The position numbers and the translations under genes are program-made. Shown here one piece after another: positions 25,605 through 38,800 of a stretch of 64,000 bases of DNA (the stretch's first letter is position 1; every line of letters begins with the position of its first letter). The DNA lies in assembly GCF_964355755.1 (NCBI RefSeq), contig NC_092674.1, forward strand, positions 18,786,001 through 18,850,000, given 5' to 3'. This DNA comes from Antedon mediterranea. Its lineage: Eukaryota > Animalia > Echinodermata. Under the pieces are notes generated by a model. The model worked only from the letters and a program-made list of their open reading frames with translations. It was not told where the DNA came from and did no database searches.

Positions 25605-28320
25605 TTAATTTTCCTGGATGACTTGTACTAGTGATCCATTTGAGTCAATTGTTATGAAGACATTATTCCAGCTGTAGATTGGTTCGCAAACCCTGTATGA
25701 ACTAACACGTCTTCGTCGTGAATCTGATGTGTTACTGACTGCTCCGCCACGCATCTCTGGTAAAGAATCTTCTGTCATGAAAGCTCCAGATAGATATGCC
25801 TTCACTTCGATTCTCTGTCTTTTTGACAGCTTTACGACTGGTTGTTTTGCATTCACCTTTTTCAAAACTCTGTGATTCCTTTCCAAAACTTTAATCTTGC
25901 TCTCGTGCTTTTTCTGTAAATAAAAACAATAAAACAAAGGATTGTTTCATGTAACAATATATTATAATTGTACTTAATTAATAGTTGATACTCCGACTGT
26001 GTCTCGTGTCCGTGTTATTTTTCTTCTATCACATTTCATTTGATTATTTTACCATAATTTAAATTCATATAGTGAGCATAATAACTATACTGTTACTCCT
26101 AACATCTTTTCTTGCCATTTTATCTTTAGAAAATGTAAACTTATATATAATGCTAGTGTCATAAATGTGCCTAAATATGTATTCCCAAAAGTAGAAAAGG
26201 TATTATATAGATTTTTGTGGGGTAAAAAAAGAGAAAAAATAAAAAGAAAAACCCTTATAAATTCAATATTAGAAGGTGGTCTAAATATGGTACATCTTAG
26301 CACAATGGTTAGTTCGTTAAAACTTAGTTGGGTTAAGAGATTGTTAAGCCCTGACCCAGGTAAATGGAAATATTTACCAAAACATTATATGTATCCATTT
26401 AATTATACTGTCAATACTAGTGAACCCAATTTTGAAAGTCATGTAGAACTGAAATGTATGCCTGAATTTTATAAAGAAATGTTAAAAGTGTAAGTGTATT
26501 TTAACAATATAAGTATTACATACCCGCAAAATGTAAACGAAGTTGAAAAACAACAATTGTGGGAAAACACTTTTATAAAATGCAGTGGAAAAACATTATA
26601 TTTTAAAAGTTGGATACAAGCAGGGTATAAAACAATAAAAGATATAATAGTTAATCACAGACTAATGACTCCGACAGAATTGATACCCACCCTTTCAGAG
26701 CAACAAAATGGAATAATTGAATATTTTAAAATTGTAAATGCAATTCCCTCAAATTGGAGGAAAATAATTATAAACAATGAAAAAGAGAGAGACAAACAAG
26801 AAATACAAACAATATATTGTAAAAAGTATAAAAATTCATTTTGTTATAAACACATTATCAACAATATATCTATTACTCCATTTTGTCAATCGAAATGGGA
26901 AACACAATTTAGAAATGTGAACTTTAAGTGGAATGAAATATGGTTAAAAAAAGTATATAGCATGAAACATGTAACAAAAGTAGAACAATTTAATTTTAAA
27001 CTGCTACATCGGATTCTGGCATGAAAACAACGAATGAAGATATGGAAAACATCTCCTGAAGAAATGTGCGAACACTGCCAAAACGAAATTGAGACAGACA
27101 AGCACATGCTTTTGAAATGTAAAAGTATCCAAAAAGTATGGACAAAATTCAACAACATGATTCTAAAATGCTATAAACTTGAAGAAACCGTACATGATTG
27201 GCTAGACATTGTCATTGGAACAAAAAGTGAAAATGTCAATGAATTATTATCATTGTTTACTTTTTGTATTTATAAAACAAATTTTATTAAATCATTAGAA
27301 AAGCATTCAAAAATTAGATCAAAAGTCGTCTGGAGCTTGTTCCGATTTGAGCTAAAAAATCTTATACAGAATCAATATGCTTGTAACATAAACAAGGCAA
27401 AAAAGATATGGGGTAACGTAAAAAGAAAATTATTAACTTGTATTTCTTAAAATTACATGTATTAATTTTTAATTGTTTCATTATTACTTTAATTTTTATA
27501 TATATATATATTTAAAACATTTTTTTTAATGACATTTTATACAATTTCTATATATAACTACAATGTGTAATATGAAGAATGAAATAAAAGTGGGTTGGCC
27601 CCACGAAAGAGAAAAAAAAAAGAAAATGTAATGGAGGAAAAAGTGATTACTGAAATATTGTTGCTATGCAATATGTGTATTAATATTTTATTTTAATCCT
27701 ATATAAATATCCTGTTTAATATTTTACTACAAAGAGCAATTGTATTCAAACTTTCATTAAGTATATTTTACAATTTAATACAGAGTGGGTCGAAAGACAA
27801 TAATTCATGTTAAGCTATTCATTATATTTATAACACATCTCGCACTGGACGTGATTAATTTGACATTAACAAAAAGATATTGGGTAGTGGAAGAGGTCAA
27901 CAAAATGTATTATACAAAATAGTGATTGTAAAGTAGAAAGCTATTGAAACATTATTTCATGAAAAATGATCTGTAAAATTAACAGTAGTAAATAATGCAT
28001 TACTAAAGTTGACTTCTGTTCAGTGTCCAGTGGTGTAATAGCGTTAACCCTGCACCTCGGATTTGGGTTTATAATGATATCAAAATCATCAATATCTTCT
28101 TCGTTTATTGACGTAACATTACCATCTTCTGTAATGTCCTCTATCAACAGTTCTGTTTCTTCCGTGCTGATTTCATCTTCTGTCAAAACCTCTTCTATTT
28201 CAATAATTGTCACCGCTGGCGATGTTGTTTCTGTCTTCATCACATCCTCGATCCTCACGAGTTACATTTCTCCGTCTATTTCTTGCTCGTTGTCTATTCT
28301 GAGCTTGCCGCTCATCTCTA
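25605..28320 (-). pseudogene. Putative degenerate spliced gene of unknown identity, interrupted by an L1/Tx1 insertion
   Basis: Acidic ORF MSGKLRIDNEQEIDGEM*LVRIEDVMKTE...NPRCRVNAITPLDTEQKSTL ends at a GTAATG donor (~28006). Acceptor-like sites at ~27971, ~26125 and ~25915. The last segment KKHESKIKVLERNHR...QEN* is open. Confidence 0.35.
26139..27620 (+). mobile_element. 5'-truncated L1/Tx1-clade LINE with poly(A) tail and 11-bp TSD
   Basis: ORF2 C-terminus FLWGKKREKIKRKTL...EGGLNM...SLKLSWVKRL, FNFKLLHRIL and the zinc finger CEHCQNEIETDKHMLLKC, with two in-frame stops. AATAAA and an A-tail follow. TSD AGAAAATGTAA at 26128-26138 and 27621-27631. Confidence 0.92.
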
Positions 28321-29499
28321 TGCAGATTTAGATCTTCCTTGTTTTGTCGAATGCATGTGTAAGTGAAGTCAAAACAGACAACTATGATAACAAGACATAT
28401 AGCAGTTAATAACTTTCATCTTGCGAGTTCAGATACTAAACAATAAATAAAACGATACACCGCGATAACGAGAATAAACAATACTAATATTTTAAAAAAT
28501 TTGGAAAAAAAGAGTTAAATATCTTTAACAGAAGTAGGAAAGGTTGGACAAAGTCGCGAGAATGTATGGACCTTTTGGTCACGTGACTTGTTTTATTGTT
28601 AAATAACTATGTAACTATGCATTTATTGATATGGGTGTAATGGAATAAAATAATCAGTATTACATTCCCTTTCCAATGATACCATGGATGACCAAGTTTA
28701 GTGTGGAACGTCGGCCATTTTGAAATACAAAATGGCGGCTGAAGGAGTGGTCGAAAAAAATGGCACCTAACTTTTTTGGATTCAGCATCTCAAGAATAAC
28801 AAAGTTAGCTAAAAAAATCTATTTTGGCACAAATATCGAGCTGGAAGACATAATAACCCGTACTATTTATGATATCCATACATTCTTCTATTTTGGCACT
28901 AATATCGAGCTGGAGCCTGGGTGCAGTACAAATTTTGCGGGAAAAAAGTATAGGAAATTTTTTTTATTTTTTTTCTGATAGAGTATACCATATAGAATTT
29001 CAGAAAAGTGAAGATAGTGGGTTCTAGATTCTAGTGTTGCAAAATTACTAGTTAATATAATACTTTTTCACGAACAGCAGAACCATCAAATTGGCCAGAA
29101 GATGAGATGAAAAAAGAAAGAATGCGTTTTTTTACGATGAAAAAATTCTATATACCATTGCAATTCATTATGTTATAATATGTATACAGACAAATTATTG
29201 GTATACAAGAAATGAAACACTTTAAGTAAGTAATGTTAACATTAACTCTAAACTGGCCGATAAGCTGTATAGGCCTATTAATGTAAAATATTTTGTGGCC
29301 CACCACCACCTTTACGACGCAAGAAACGGACAACAAAAGGAAACGATAATACTGAGCTGGATGGAAATTGTCATTAAATATTAAATGACGAAATGAAGTA
29401 TACAATAAATATATAAAAACGTGTAATACTGGGGCAGCAACCCTCTACCAAGTATACGTTAGGGTATTGGTATAGCTTAATACAATCATCTATACTTAA

Positions 29500-30043
29500 T
29501 AATGTATTGTCCCTTTGACTAATTCCAAAAAAAAAATTTTTTTTTAATTTCGAAAAAAAGTGGGTCATTTTGAAGTATCATAATAGTTATTAACTTTCAC
29601 CAAAAATTAGTCAAAAAAAAATAATTTAACCGAAATTCAGATGTTTTTTTGTTCAAAAAATAACTTTGACTTCCAGTCAAAGTTTTCAATCAAAACATAT
29701 CCCATAATGCAATGCGCTTGTTTGGCTACTCTGTATGCATAATCATAAAACTTCCTCTCGATCTGTGTGAAAACACCTTCTCAACCGTGATGAGTTGTAA
29801 ACAATCCTAATTAGCATCATGCATAATGCATACTCATGGTTTGAAATCTTTGTTTACTTTCGCTTGCGACGATTTCTCAGACGAAATGTAATCTAATTAA
29901 TTTACCTGTTAATTACGTAAACTGTTGTTTTTGGCTCGAATTTTCGACTTAAAGTGAATAACTTTAATATTACTTTGATATGGCCAATTTAAATTTAGAA
30001 TATTTTTTTTTTCATTTTTTGTGTTTAAAGGGACAATACATCT
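29500..30043. mobile_element. Kolobok-type MITE, copy A
   Basis: TIR (AG)ATGTATTGTCCCTT...AAGGGACAATACATCT with TTAA flanks. Same family as the copies at 33751, 34716 and 45718. Confidence 0.8.
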
Positions 30044-30701
30044 TTAAGGCTGCCCCTATTAAAATAATACTGAATAACTACATTAACATATTTACTATTC
30101 GTTTAATACATGCGTACCTGATCAATATATCGAATAAACTGAAAATATATACAAGTTGTATAAAGACTTGTAACAAACATAACATTAATACACTTAATCG
30201 AATAGAAATACAATTATTCTGGGCGCACACGCCAAAAACCAGGGTTACCGCCCAGAAAATTCCGTTAACCGGAGCTTCGCTCAACAGCAACTTGGTTTTC
30301 AATGGAATTCGAAAAACATGGTGTGAGCCACAGCTCTAAAACCAGGTCGCTTTTACAATTGAAATGACTGAATGCGAATATAATTTGTTACGGCATTGGA
30401 ACTCCATCGCCCAAACTGTTGGATAGTGCTTTCAGACAAGCCAAGCGACGCTGCGTGTGTCGCTGCGCCAATTCGAAAACTGTGCCCTTTACTTTGTATT
30501 TAGAAGGAGCCAGACCAATAAATGAGATAGCCTCTGTTAATTTTGCTGAAATGAACTGTGTTGAAATCGGCCTGCCGTCAATATGCTGGAAAAAGGGGGC
30601 CAGTGGTATACCTAAAGTGACCAGTGTACTCATGTAAGGACTTTACAGGACAAAATCTGACGCCAGACGTACTCTGAAACGGAATATGTACCGGGGGCTT
30701 A

Positions 30702-31905
30702 CAGGCCCGTAGCCAGGCCAGGGGGGGGGGGGGGGGTTTATGGTTCGGGCGAACCCCCCTTTATAGCGAACCCCCCTTAACCAACTGCGAACCCCCATCC
30801 CCGACATGCCCAATACCTCACCCTCATCTCCAAAAATCCTCCAAATACGTGCCCCACAGTACAGAAAGTTGTTTGTAAATTGAAAAATTCGTAAACTTGT
30901 TCGTGAACCTTCTTCTCTGTATGAGCGTCAACTAGTGATACGTGTCTGTAAATTTCTAAAAGCTGCAAATGAATTGCCGATTTTAACCTGAAAAATAAAT
31001 GTTTGGTCCCTGCATGTAACATGATATTGACGCGTCTCATAGCGAGCTGGCGCACGAAGAACGATTCGTACAAAGGACACCGCCAGACAACTGCGTACCT
31101 ATAATTGTTTAGATCACTGGCAGTCAGATAGCCTTCCGACGTACATCAGTATTTATGTGTGACTATGAAGTATAATGTATCATAGAGGATTATAGTGAAT
31201 ATTAATATTTTACACTATAATATCTATGGTATCAAATACAGTCAACTCTCCCAATACCGGACTCTCTGAAAACCAGAAACTCTCCCAATACCAGACTTTT
31301 TTTGAGGACCAAAAGGTCCCAAATTTATTTTTACCATTAAAAACACATTCCGAATACCAGACTTTCCGGAAAACCAGACTTATTTGGCCGGCCCAAAGGT
31401 GTCCGGTATTGGGAGAGTTGACTGTACTGTAGTTCACATTATGGCATCCGATTATTTTTTTCTAGACCACGCCGATACGTACTAAAATGTATCAATATCA
31501 CCTATTTACATATTTTTTATTCCTCAACAAATTGCTGTAAATAAATATTATAGATAGAGCTAGCAAATAGCATTTGCCTTCACCCAGTGTGCTTTTTTCG
31601 GGGCTGTAGATATACGTTCGCATTGAACTTGAACGCAAAACAAAATACGAAGTAAATGATCAAACAATCGGCGGTTCCGCACAGAGCACGCGCATCTAAC
31701 ATACGGCAACAAATAGTTATCGTCATTTAAATTATCGACGTGTTTGAGGAGGAGGAAAAAAGTACGATCTTTTTGCTCATTGGTTATATAGCATGCTGCA
31801 CGAGAGTGTCTTTTCCGGCCATTAGGGGTGTCATTTAACAAAATTGGGTTGACCCAAATATTTAGTGTCCGAACCCCCTCTTGACAGATCCTGGCTACGG
31901 CCCTG
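30702..31905. mobile_element. Non-autonomous hAT-like TIR element inserted in the recombinase ORF
   Basis: CAGGCCCGTAGCCAGG...CCTGGCTACGGCCCTG flanked by GCTTA/GCTTA. Removing the element and one TSD restores the recombinase frame. Confidence 0.85.
31239..31424. mobile_element. 186-bp Tc1/mariner-type MITE with TA TSD, nested in the hAT-like element
   Basis: TA-CAGTCAACTCTCCCAATACCGGA...TCCGGTATTGGGAGAGTTGACTG-TA. Confidence 0.9.
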
Positions 31906-33750
31906 GCTTACCAACACCGGTTTTGTGATGACGGACCGTTAGCGAGGCCAAATCTTTAGCAAGAAGAAGGTCACTACGTTGAACTACCCTGTCGACATTA
32001 TCTTTACGGACAGCCAATTCACCTATTCTGAAGAAACCTTGAAAGGCCGTTAGAAAGAAAGCCCTAAACCTATAACAAAAAACGGGTTCGATCGAGTCTA
32101 GGGACATAATCAACCTTGCCAAAATGTCCGCAGGCGTATATCGCAACGGTTTGAAGTTGCGTGTACGCCACGTAAAATCTTACAAACTAAAAAAGAATTA
32201 GACGGGTCGGGAAGACCCGCCAGTTTATGAACGAATGAAATTGCCGATATAGTCGACGAAATAGTCCTCGGCGCAAGGTTTTACCCAAGTAAATCGTTCT
32301 TTCCTAGGCATGTGACCTAGGACATTTATTCAATCATGTAGCGATGGATTATTCAAACGGTCGCTTGTTATTGGTCAACACACATGCATTGCGTTTACGC
32401 CCTTTGCATTGCGTCCTGCAGATAGATTATTACATACCGCAACGAATCATTATTTCTAACTATGATAACATCTTTAAAAGATTTTTTATATGATGCACTG
32501 TATATACTTATAACTTTAATATATGAATATTTTAAAGAAGGAGGTTATTATTATTTTGTTCTCTTAATTTCATAATAAATCATACTTATGATACATACAC
32601 TTTAAGAAAATGAAATGCAAAATATGGGTTCCCGATCTATATTAATTTAAAAATTTAGCATATTTTTTTCACTTTTGACGTGCTTGTATAAAGTGGTTTC
32701 AAGTTGAGAAGTGAATGAAAGGCAAGAATAAATAAATATTCTGACAAAATTAATAGGTTATATGCATGCAAAACAGTTAGGTATTTTAAAATACTCGATA
32801 TGCCCTGCTTTATGATTAAATAGAGCATTTCAGATAATACATCATTATTTCTTAAATTATTACATTGAATATCAATAAAAAAAGAAGAGCGGCGTTTTTG
32901 TAAGAAATATTTATTGTGTTCAATTATTTATTTATTCATTATGTTATTATTGTTATCAAATTGCATTTTTCACGCTGCTACTCTAGCCCGTTACGTCACA
33001 CGAGATGACTCATTTATTAGATGAAATCAAGCAGCAGTTATAGTACAGTACTACACTTTGACATTTTTGCTAAAATGGAAACTCGACTATAATTTATAGG
33101 TACCAGCTGCATTTCTGGTATTTATGAGTCCCATGACAATACTGTATTTCGCTGTCAGATAATCATTGCATTATTATCAAAACAGTCCATGATAGTTTTT
33201 GTTTGTAATATGATAGGCCTACTTCAAACTATGTAGTGACCCCAGACTTGACCTTAGCAATAAAATAAACTAAATTGAGTCTGTCTCCATCAAAGTTATT
33301 CACTTCTGTAACAAAATTCACATTATAAAAAGAGAAAACAAACGTTTAATTATAACTCAAAAACCATTTTCTGACAGGCAATTGAAGTATTTTCTGTTTT
33401 TAATTACATTTTTTTCAGGTAGAATAACTATAATGTGACAATAAAATGACACATTCAAAAACAAATTTGAAATAAAAAATATTTTTCAGAGGGACAATAT
33501 ATCTTTAAAACTGTTACGTCAATAAGCGAGCAGCGTTTTTTGTAAGAAATATTTCTTGTTTAGTATTATTTTCTGTTGGAACTTTCAGCAAGTAATGCTT
33601 TTTGAAATCTGTGTCTCCTTCCTGTTTGTATATATTGTAAGAAATTATATTTATGTTTGTTTGTGAATGAAGGAAATATATGTTATTTTGATTGATTGAA
33701 GAGTTTCTAGTACCTCAGCTCCACCATGCGTATGACTGAGAGAACATTAA

Positions 33751-34241
33751 AGATGTATTGTCCTTGACTAATTAAAAAAAAAAATAAAATAAAAAGATTT
33801 CGAAAAATAGTGGGTCATTTTGAAGTATCATAATAGTTATTAACTTTCACCAAAAAAAATTCACCATATAAAACTGAAATACAGACGTTTTTTCGTTCAA
33901 AACATATCTCATAATGCAACGCGGTTGTTTGGCTACTCTGTATGCATAACCATTAAACTTTCTCGCGATCTGTTTGAAAACACCTTCTCAACCGTGTTGA
34001 GTTGTAAACAATCCTAATTTGCATCATGCATACTCGTGGTTTGAAATCTTTGTTTACTTTCGCTCGCGAAGATTTTCCAGACGAAATGTAATCAAATTAA
34101 TTTACCCTGTACAGTACTTGTTAATTACGTAAACATGTTGTTTTTGGCTGGAATTTTCGACTTAAAGTGAATAACTTTAATATTACTTTTTATGGCCAAT
34201 TTAAATTTAGAATATTTTGACCTTCATTTTTTGTGTTTCAA
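33751..34241. mobile_element. Kolobok-type MITE, copy B (one TIR lost)
   Basis: TTAA-AGATGTATTGTCC start, co-linear with copy A, ends before the right TIR. Confidence 0.8.
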
Positions 34242-34715
34242 TCAGCTCCATCATTTTATTCTAAATTATATATTGTTTTTCAGTATATCATTGGTGGTTC
34301 AGAATTTCTTGCACTTCATAATAAAGTTTATATATTTTTATTCCGTGATTATGATTTTGCATGGCCTCGATGATAAACACTCTTAGGTGAATCAAGTGTT
34401 TTTCTGTGAGAAAATAAAGTATTTTTATTTTATCCTTTGACAATAGTACCTTCTACTGTTCTGTTCTTTGTTTTTCATTCAAATTGAATTAAATCAACAA
34501 TAGAATCGTTAATAGAACCAATAAGTTTATACTTTGTAGGCGTCTACTCAGAAAGCATTATGTTATGGTATATTGCAAAACTAAAATTAACCTGAACAGC
34601 TGAAAAAATTAATAATTTCATCTCATAGATAATGCCGCCAAATCATCATTTGAGGAAATAAGTGCAGTTTTAATAAAGTTATTCCCCACGGTAGAAAACA
34701 AAAATAATTACTTAA

Positions 34716-35261
34716 AGATGTATTGTCCCTTGAAACACAAAAAAATGAAGGTCAAAATATTCTAAATTTAAAGTGGCCATATCAAAGTAATATTAAAGTT
34801 TTTCACTTTAAGTCGAAAATTCGAGCCAAAAACAACAAGTTTACGTAATTAACAGGTAAATTAGTTTGATTACATTTCATCTGGAAAATCGTCACGAGCG
34901 AAAGTAAACAAAGATTTCAAACCATGAGTACGCATTATGCATATGCTAAATTAGGATTGTTTACAACTCGTCACGGTTAAGAAGGTATTTTCACACAGAT
35001 CATGAGGAAGTTTTATGATTATGCATACAGAGTAGCCAAACAAGCGCGTTTCATTATGGGATATGTTTTGATTGAAAACTTTGACTGGAAGTCAAAGTTA
35101 TTTTTGTAACAAAAAAACGTATGTATTTCAGTTAATTTTTTTTTTCCCGAAAAATTTTTGGTGATAGTTAATAACTATTATGATACTTCAAAATGACCCA
35201 CCTTTTTTCGAAATCTTTTATTTTTTATTTTTTTGGCATTAGTCAAAGGGACAATACATCT
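34716..35261. mobile_element. Kolobok-type MITE, copy C (inverted relative to A and B)
   Basis: TTAA-AGATGTATTGTCCCTT...AAGGGACAATACATCT-TTAA. Confidence 0.88.
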
Positions 35262-35864
35262 TTAACTTAAAATAGTTAAATTTAACCAAAAACTCCAAGG
35301 CAAGTAATGATTTTTTGTTGCTTTAAATTTATTTTAATTTACCACAGATCAGAAATCTAAAAAATAATTCATACCAAAGGAAAGAGCAGAATAATGTCAA
35401 AATATAAAGTTTATTAAATGTGTGCCCATTTTAACTAATAAGTATAAACCTTTTTTTTTCAAATTGTTTAAATACTATAGCTACTTCCACCTAGCCACCA
35501 CAACCACCCAACCTCTTTCCCTTTAGAGCAACTTCCCCCTAGTACGACCACTCCTAGAGAATAACTACTTAATAACTAACCTTACAAGTTCAACTTCTCA
35601 CATGAGGACAACTAACCAGAGGAGAACCACTGGTAAAGACAGTTATCTCTGAAGGACAACTACACAGCAAGAACAACTACCTCTCAAGGACAACTACTAC
35701 TACTGTACTAGTCCAGAGTGTATTATTCTAGTAGGTAGTTTTTTGGATATGATGAAAACTGTATGTATTTTTGAAGAAGTACTTTATCTTGGTATTCTTG
35801 TTGTAGTGTTATTTGGATCAGCTTTGATGTTAATAATCAATCAACACTATACTGAACAAGTTGC

Positions 35865-38800
35865 TTAAGAATCCATGTTATCTGCATCATCAAATTGCCC
35901 GGTGTCCATTGACTCATGTACTACAAAACAAATATACAAGGATGTATTAATGAAGAAATAGACATCAAACAATGTGGACATGAGCATCAATATAGAATAA
36001 TACATATATAATAAAAAGTGCTCACATCAGCTTACTGAAGTACCAATGTATTGATTATGTAAAAAGAACAGTGTCAATGGAAGCACTATCTAAAGAACTA
36101 GTGCACAATGACACACCAGGGAAGAGTAAAATTACATACCCTTCCCTGGACAAACCAACTTTTTTTTTTAATCAAGGAAAAACAGAAGATCTGTTTTTAC
36201 AGTTATCAAAACATATGTTATTTTTATATGTATTATTCATCATACTCACCAATATGTCCATTTTCTTGTGCATCACCGCCTCCTGATTGTGTTTGGTTCA
36301 TCTGTAGCCTAGCTAGGACAGCCTGTCCTTCTGCATTCAGTTGAACTTCATCAGCATCTTCATAAAAACCAGGATCAGCTTTTCAAATTAAAACAAATAA
36401 ATTAATTGTTTAAGTAATGCAGTAAGTCAGTCGCAATCAACCTTGCAGAAAGTCAGTCGCAATCAACCTTGCAGTCAGTCAGTCGCAATCAACCTTGCAG
36501 TCAGTCAGTCGCAATCAACCTTGCAGTCAGTCAGTCGCAATCAACCTTGCAGTCAGTCAGTCACAATCAACCTTCCAAGCACTCAGTCGAAATTAACCTT
36601 CCAAGCAGTCAGTCGCAATCAACCTTCCAAGCAGTCAGTCGCAATCAACCTTGCAGTCAGTCAGTCACAATCAACCTTGCAGTCAGTCAGTCACAATCAA
36701 CCTTTCAAGCAGACAGTCGCAATCAACCTTCCAAGCAGTTAGTAGTCACAATCAACTTTCCAAGCAGACAGTCGCAATCAACCTTCCAAGCAGTCAGTCA
36801 CAATCAACTTCCCAAGCAATCAGTCGCAATCAACCTTCCAAGCAGTCAGTCGCAATCAACCTTGCAGTCAGTCAGTCACAATCAACCTTCCAAGCAGACA
36901 GTCGCAATCACCCTTCCAAGCAGTCATGTCACAATCAACCTTCCAAGCATTCAGTTACAATCAACCTTCCAAGCAGTCGTCAGTCACAATCAACCTTCCA
37001 AGCAGTCAGTCACAATCAACCTTTCAAGCAGTCAGTCACAAACAACCTTACAAGCAGTCAGACGCAATCAACCTTGCACTTAGTCAGTCGCAATCAACCT
37101 TCCAAGCAGTCAGTCACAATCAACCTTCCAAGCAGTCAGTCGCAATCAACCTTCCAAGCAGTCAGTCACAATCAACCTTCCAAGCAGTCATGTCACAATC
37201 AACCTTCCAAGCAGTCAGTCACAATCAACCTTCCAAGCAGTCAGTCACAATCAACCTTCCAAGCAGTCAGTGGCAATCAACCTTCCAAGCAGTCAGTTGT
37301 AATCAACCTTCCAAGCAGACAGTCACAATCAACCTTCCAAGCAGTCAGTCGCAATCAACCTTCCAAGCAGTCAGTCGCAATCAACCTTCCAAGCAGTCAG
37401 TCCCAATCAACCATCTATTAGCAGTCAGTCACAACCAACCTTCAAAGCAGTCAGTCACTATCAACCTTCAAAGCAGTCAGTCACAATCAACCTTCAAAGC
37501 AGTCAGTCACAATCAACTTTCAAAGCAGTCAGTCACAATCAACCTTCCAAGTATTCAGTCGCAACCAACCACCATCCACCATCCAATCATTAGTTGTTTC
37601 GCTCACTCCCCCTCTAGGAGACAATGGTTCTCGGAATGATAATGACCCGAGTAAAAAGGATTCTCCTTGTACGTTTTCTGTCGGTTACTATTATTGAAAA
37701 TTCTTGACATTCGTAAAACTAAACCTAGGCCTACTCTGTTTCACAGTGTCTTAGATGATTAATAACATTTTAAAGTAGGCCTATAGTGTGTATATTGTTT
37801 GGTAGGGCCCTTATAGGTGGGGAGGTGGAGTTCATTTGAGGGAGGTGCTTATTTAAGGGATATGTTTAATTTTTTAGTTTCAATAATATGGTAACATTTA
37901 TAATCAAATAAAATCCTCTAATAGATATATGAAAAGTGATAAAAAAAGAATAACAAATGCTTGATAAATTGTAGATAACAGTGCGATGAATTCGACTACA
38001 AATAGTATCATTGTGTTATTATAATTCAAAGTGATGTTTTATTGGGGAGGCGTTTATTGAAATAAATGTCGAATGCTTGGTAAATTGTAGATAACAGTGC
38101 GATGAATTCTACTACAAATAGTATCATTGTGTTACTATAAATATAATACAATATTGTGTGTATAATTGTGGATGGGCGTTTAGTAGATAGTTGGGTTTAG
38201 GGTGGGGGGGCTGGAGCGATTATTGTTCAAAGTGATGTTTTATTGGGAAAGCGTTTATTAAAATAAATGTCATCCTATTAATGAATACATTATTTAATTT
38301 AAACATCTTTTGAAACTAACTTCCGCAGCAAGAAGACGTTTTAGACAGCTTGCAATATGGGCAGACATCCCGGTCCTAACGGGACACAGATAGCCTACAG
38401 TTATTCCTACCAGCTTACTCAATAAAACTCGGCTATCGGGATTTCACTCGATTTTAAACAAAATGTCCTATCATCAGATCTCCCTATGTAATGTTATAAT
38501 ACTATTCCCCACAATATATTCCGATGCTTTATGGCGTATATTTAATTTGATCTTTATTAATTTGCAGTATAATTTTTATGTTTTAACACACGCGCGGACC
38601 GATCCAAAAATAAACAAAAAACTAAAATGGCTATATAGCCACTACCGGCCAACTTAGTTGAAACCAGGAAGTTGCAAGGTGAACATGTGAACTTATCGTG
38701 AACCCGGAAATTACTTCGACCCGCATACAATTGAAATTGGATTTAAAATATACTGATGAAATCAAAAATGTTGTTATAAAACCATTTATTATATCTTCCA

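Larger units (their letters stand above)
30375..32280 (-). mobile_element. Ngaro/DIRS-type tyrosine recombinase fragment, interrupted by a TIR element
   Basis: LAPRTISSTISAISFVHKLAGLPDPS...FLTAFQGFFRIGEL...HHKTGVGKP|PVHIPFQ...CPVKSL...YKGHSFRIGAATHAASLGLSESTIQQFGRWSSNAVTNYIR, showing the R, HSxR and GRW...Y catalytic motifs. Confidence 0.88.

Noticed and set aside
30375-32280. Phage integrase or bacterial horizontal transfer
   Set aside because: The tyrosine recombinase motifs and the nearby RNase H fragment fit eukaryotic Ngaro/DIRS retroelements; there are no phage or bacterial genes.
36419-37639. Long Ser/Gln-rich ORFs and a CRISPR-like appearance of the array
   Set aside because: Units are contiguous with no unique spacers and no cas genes. 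All three frames are open only because the unit lacks stop codons, and the array lies antisense in a CLNS1A intron.
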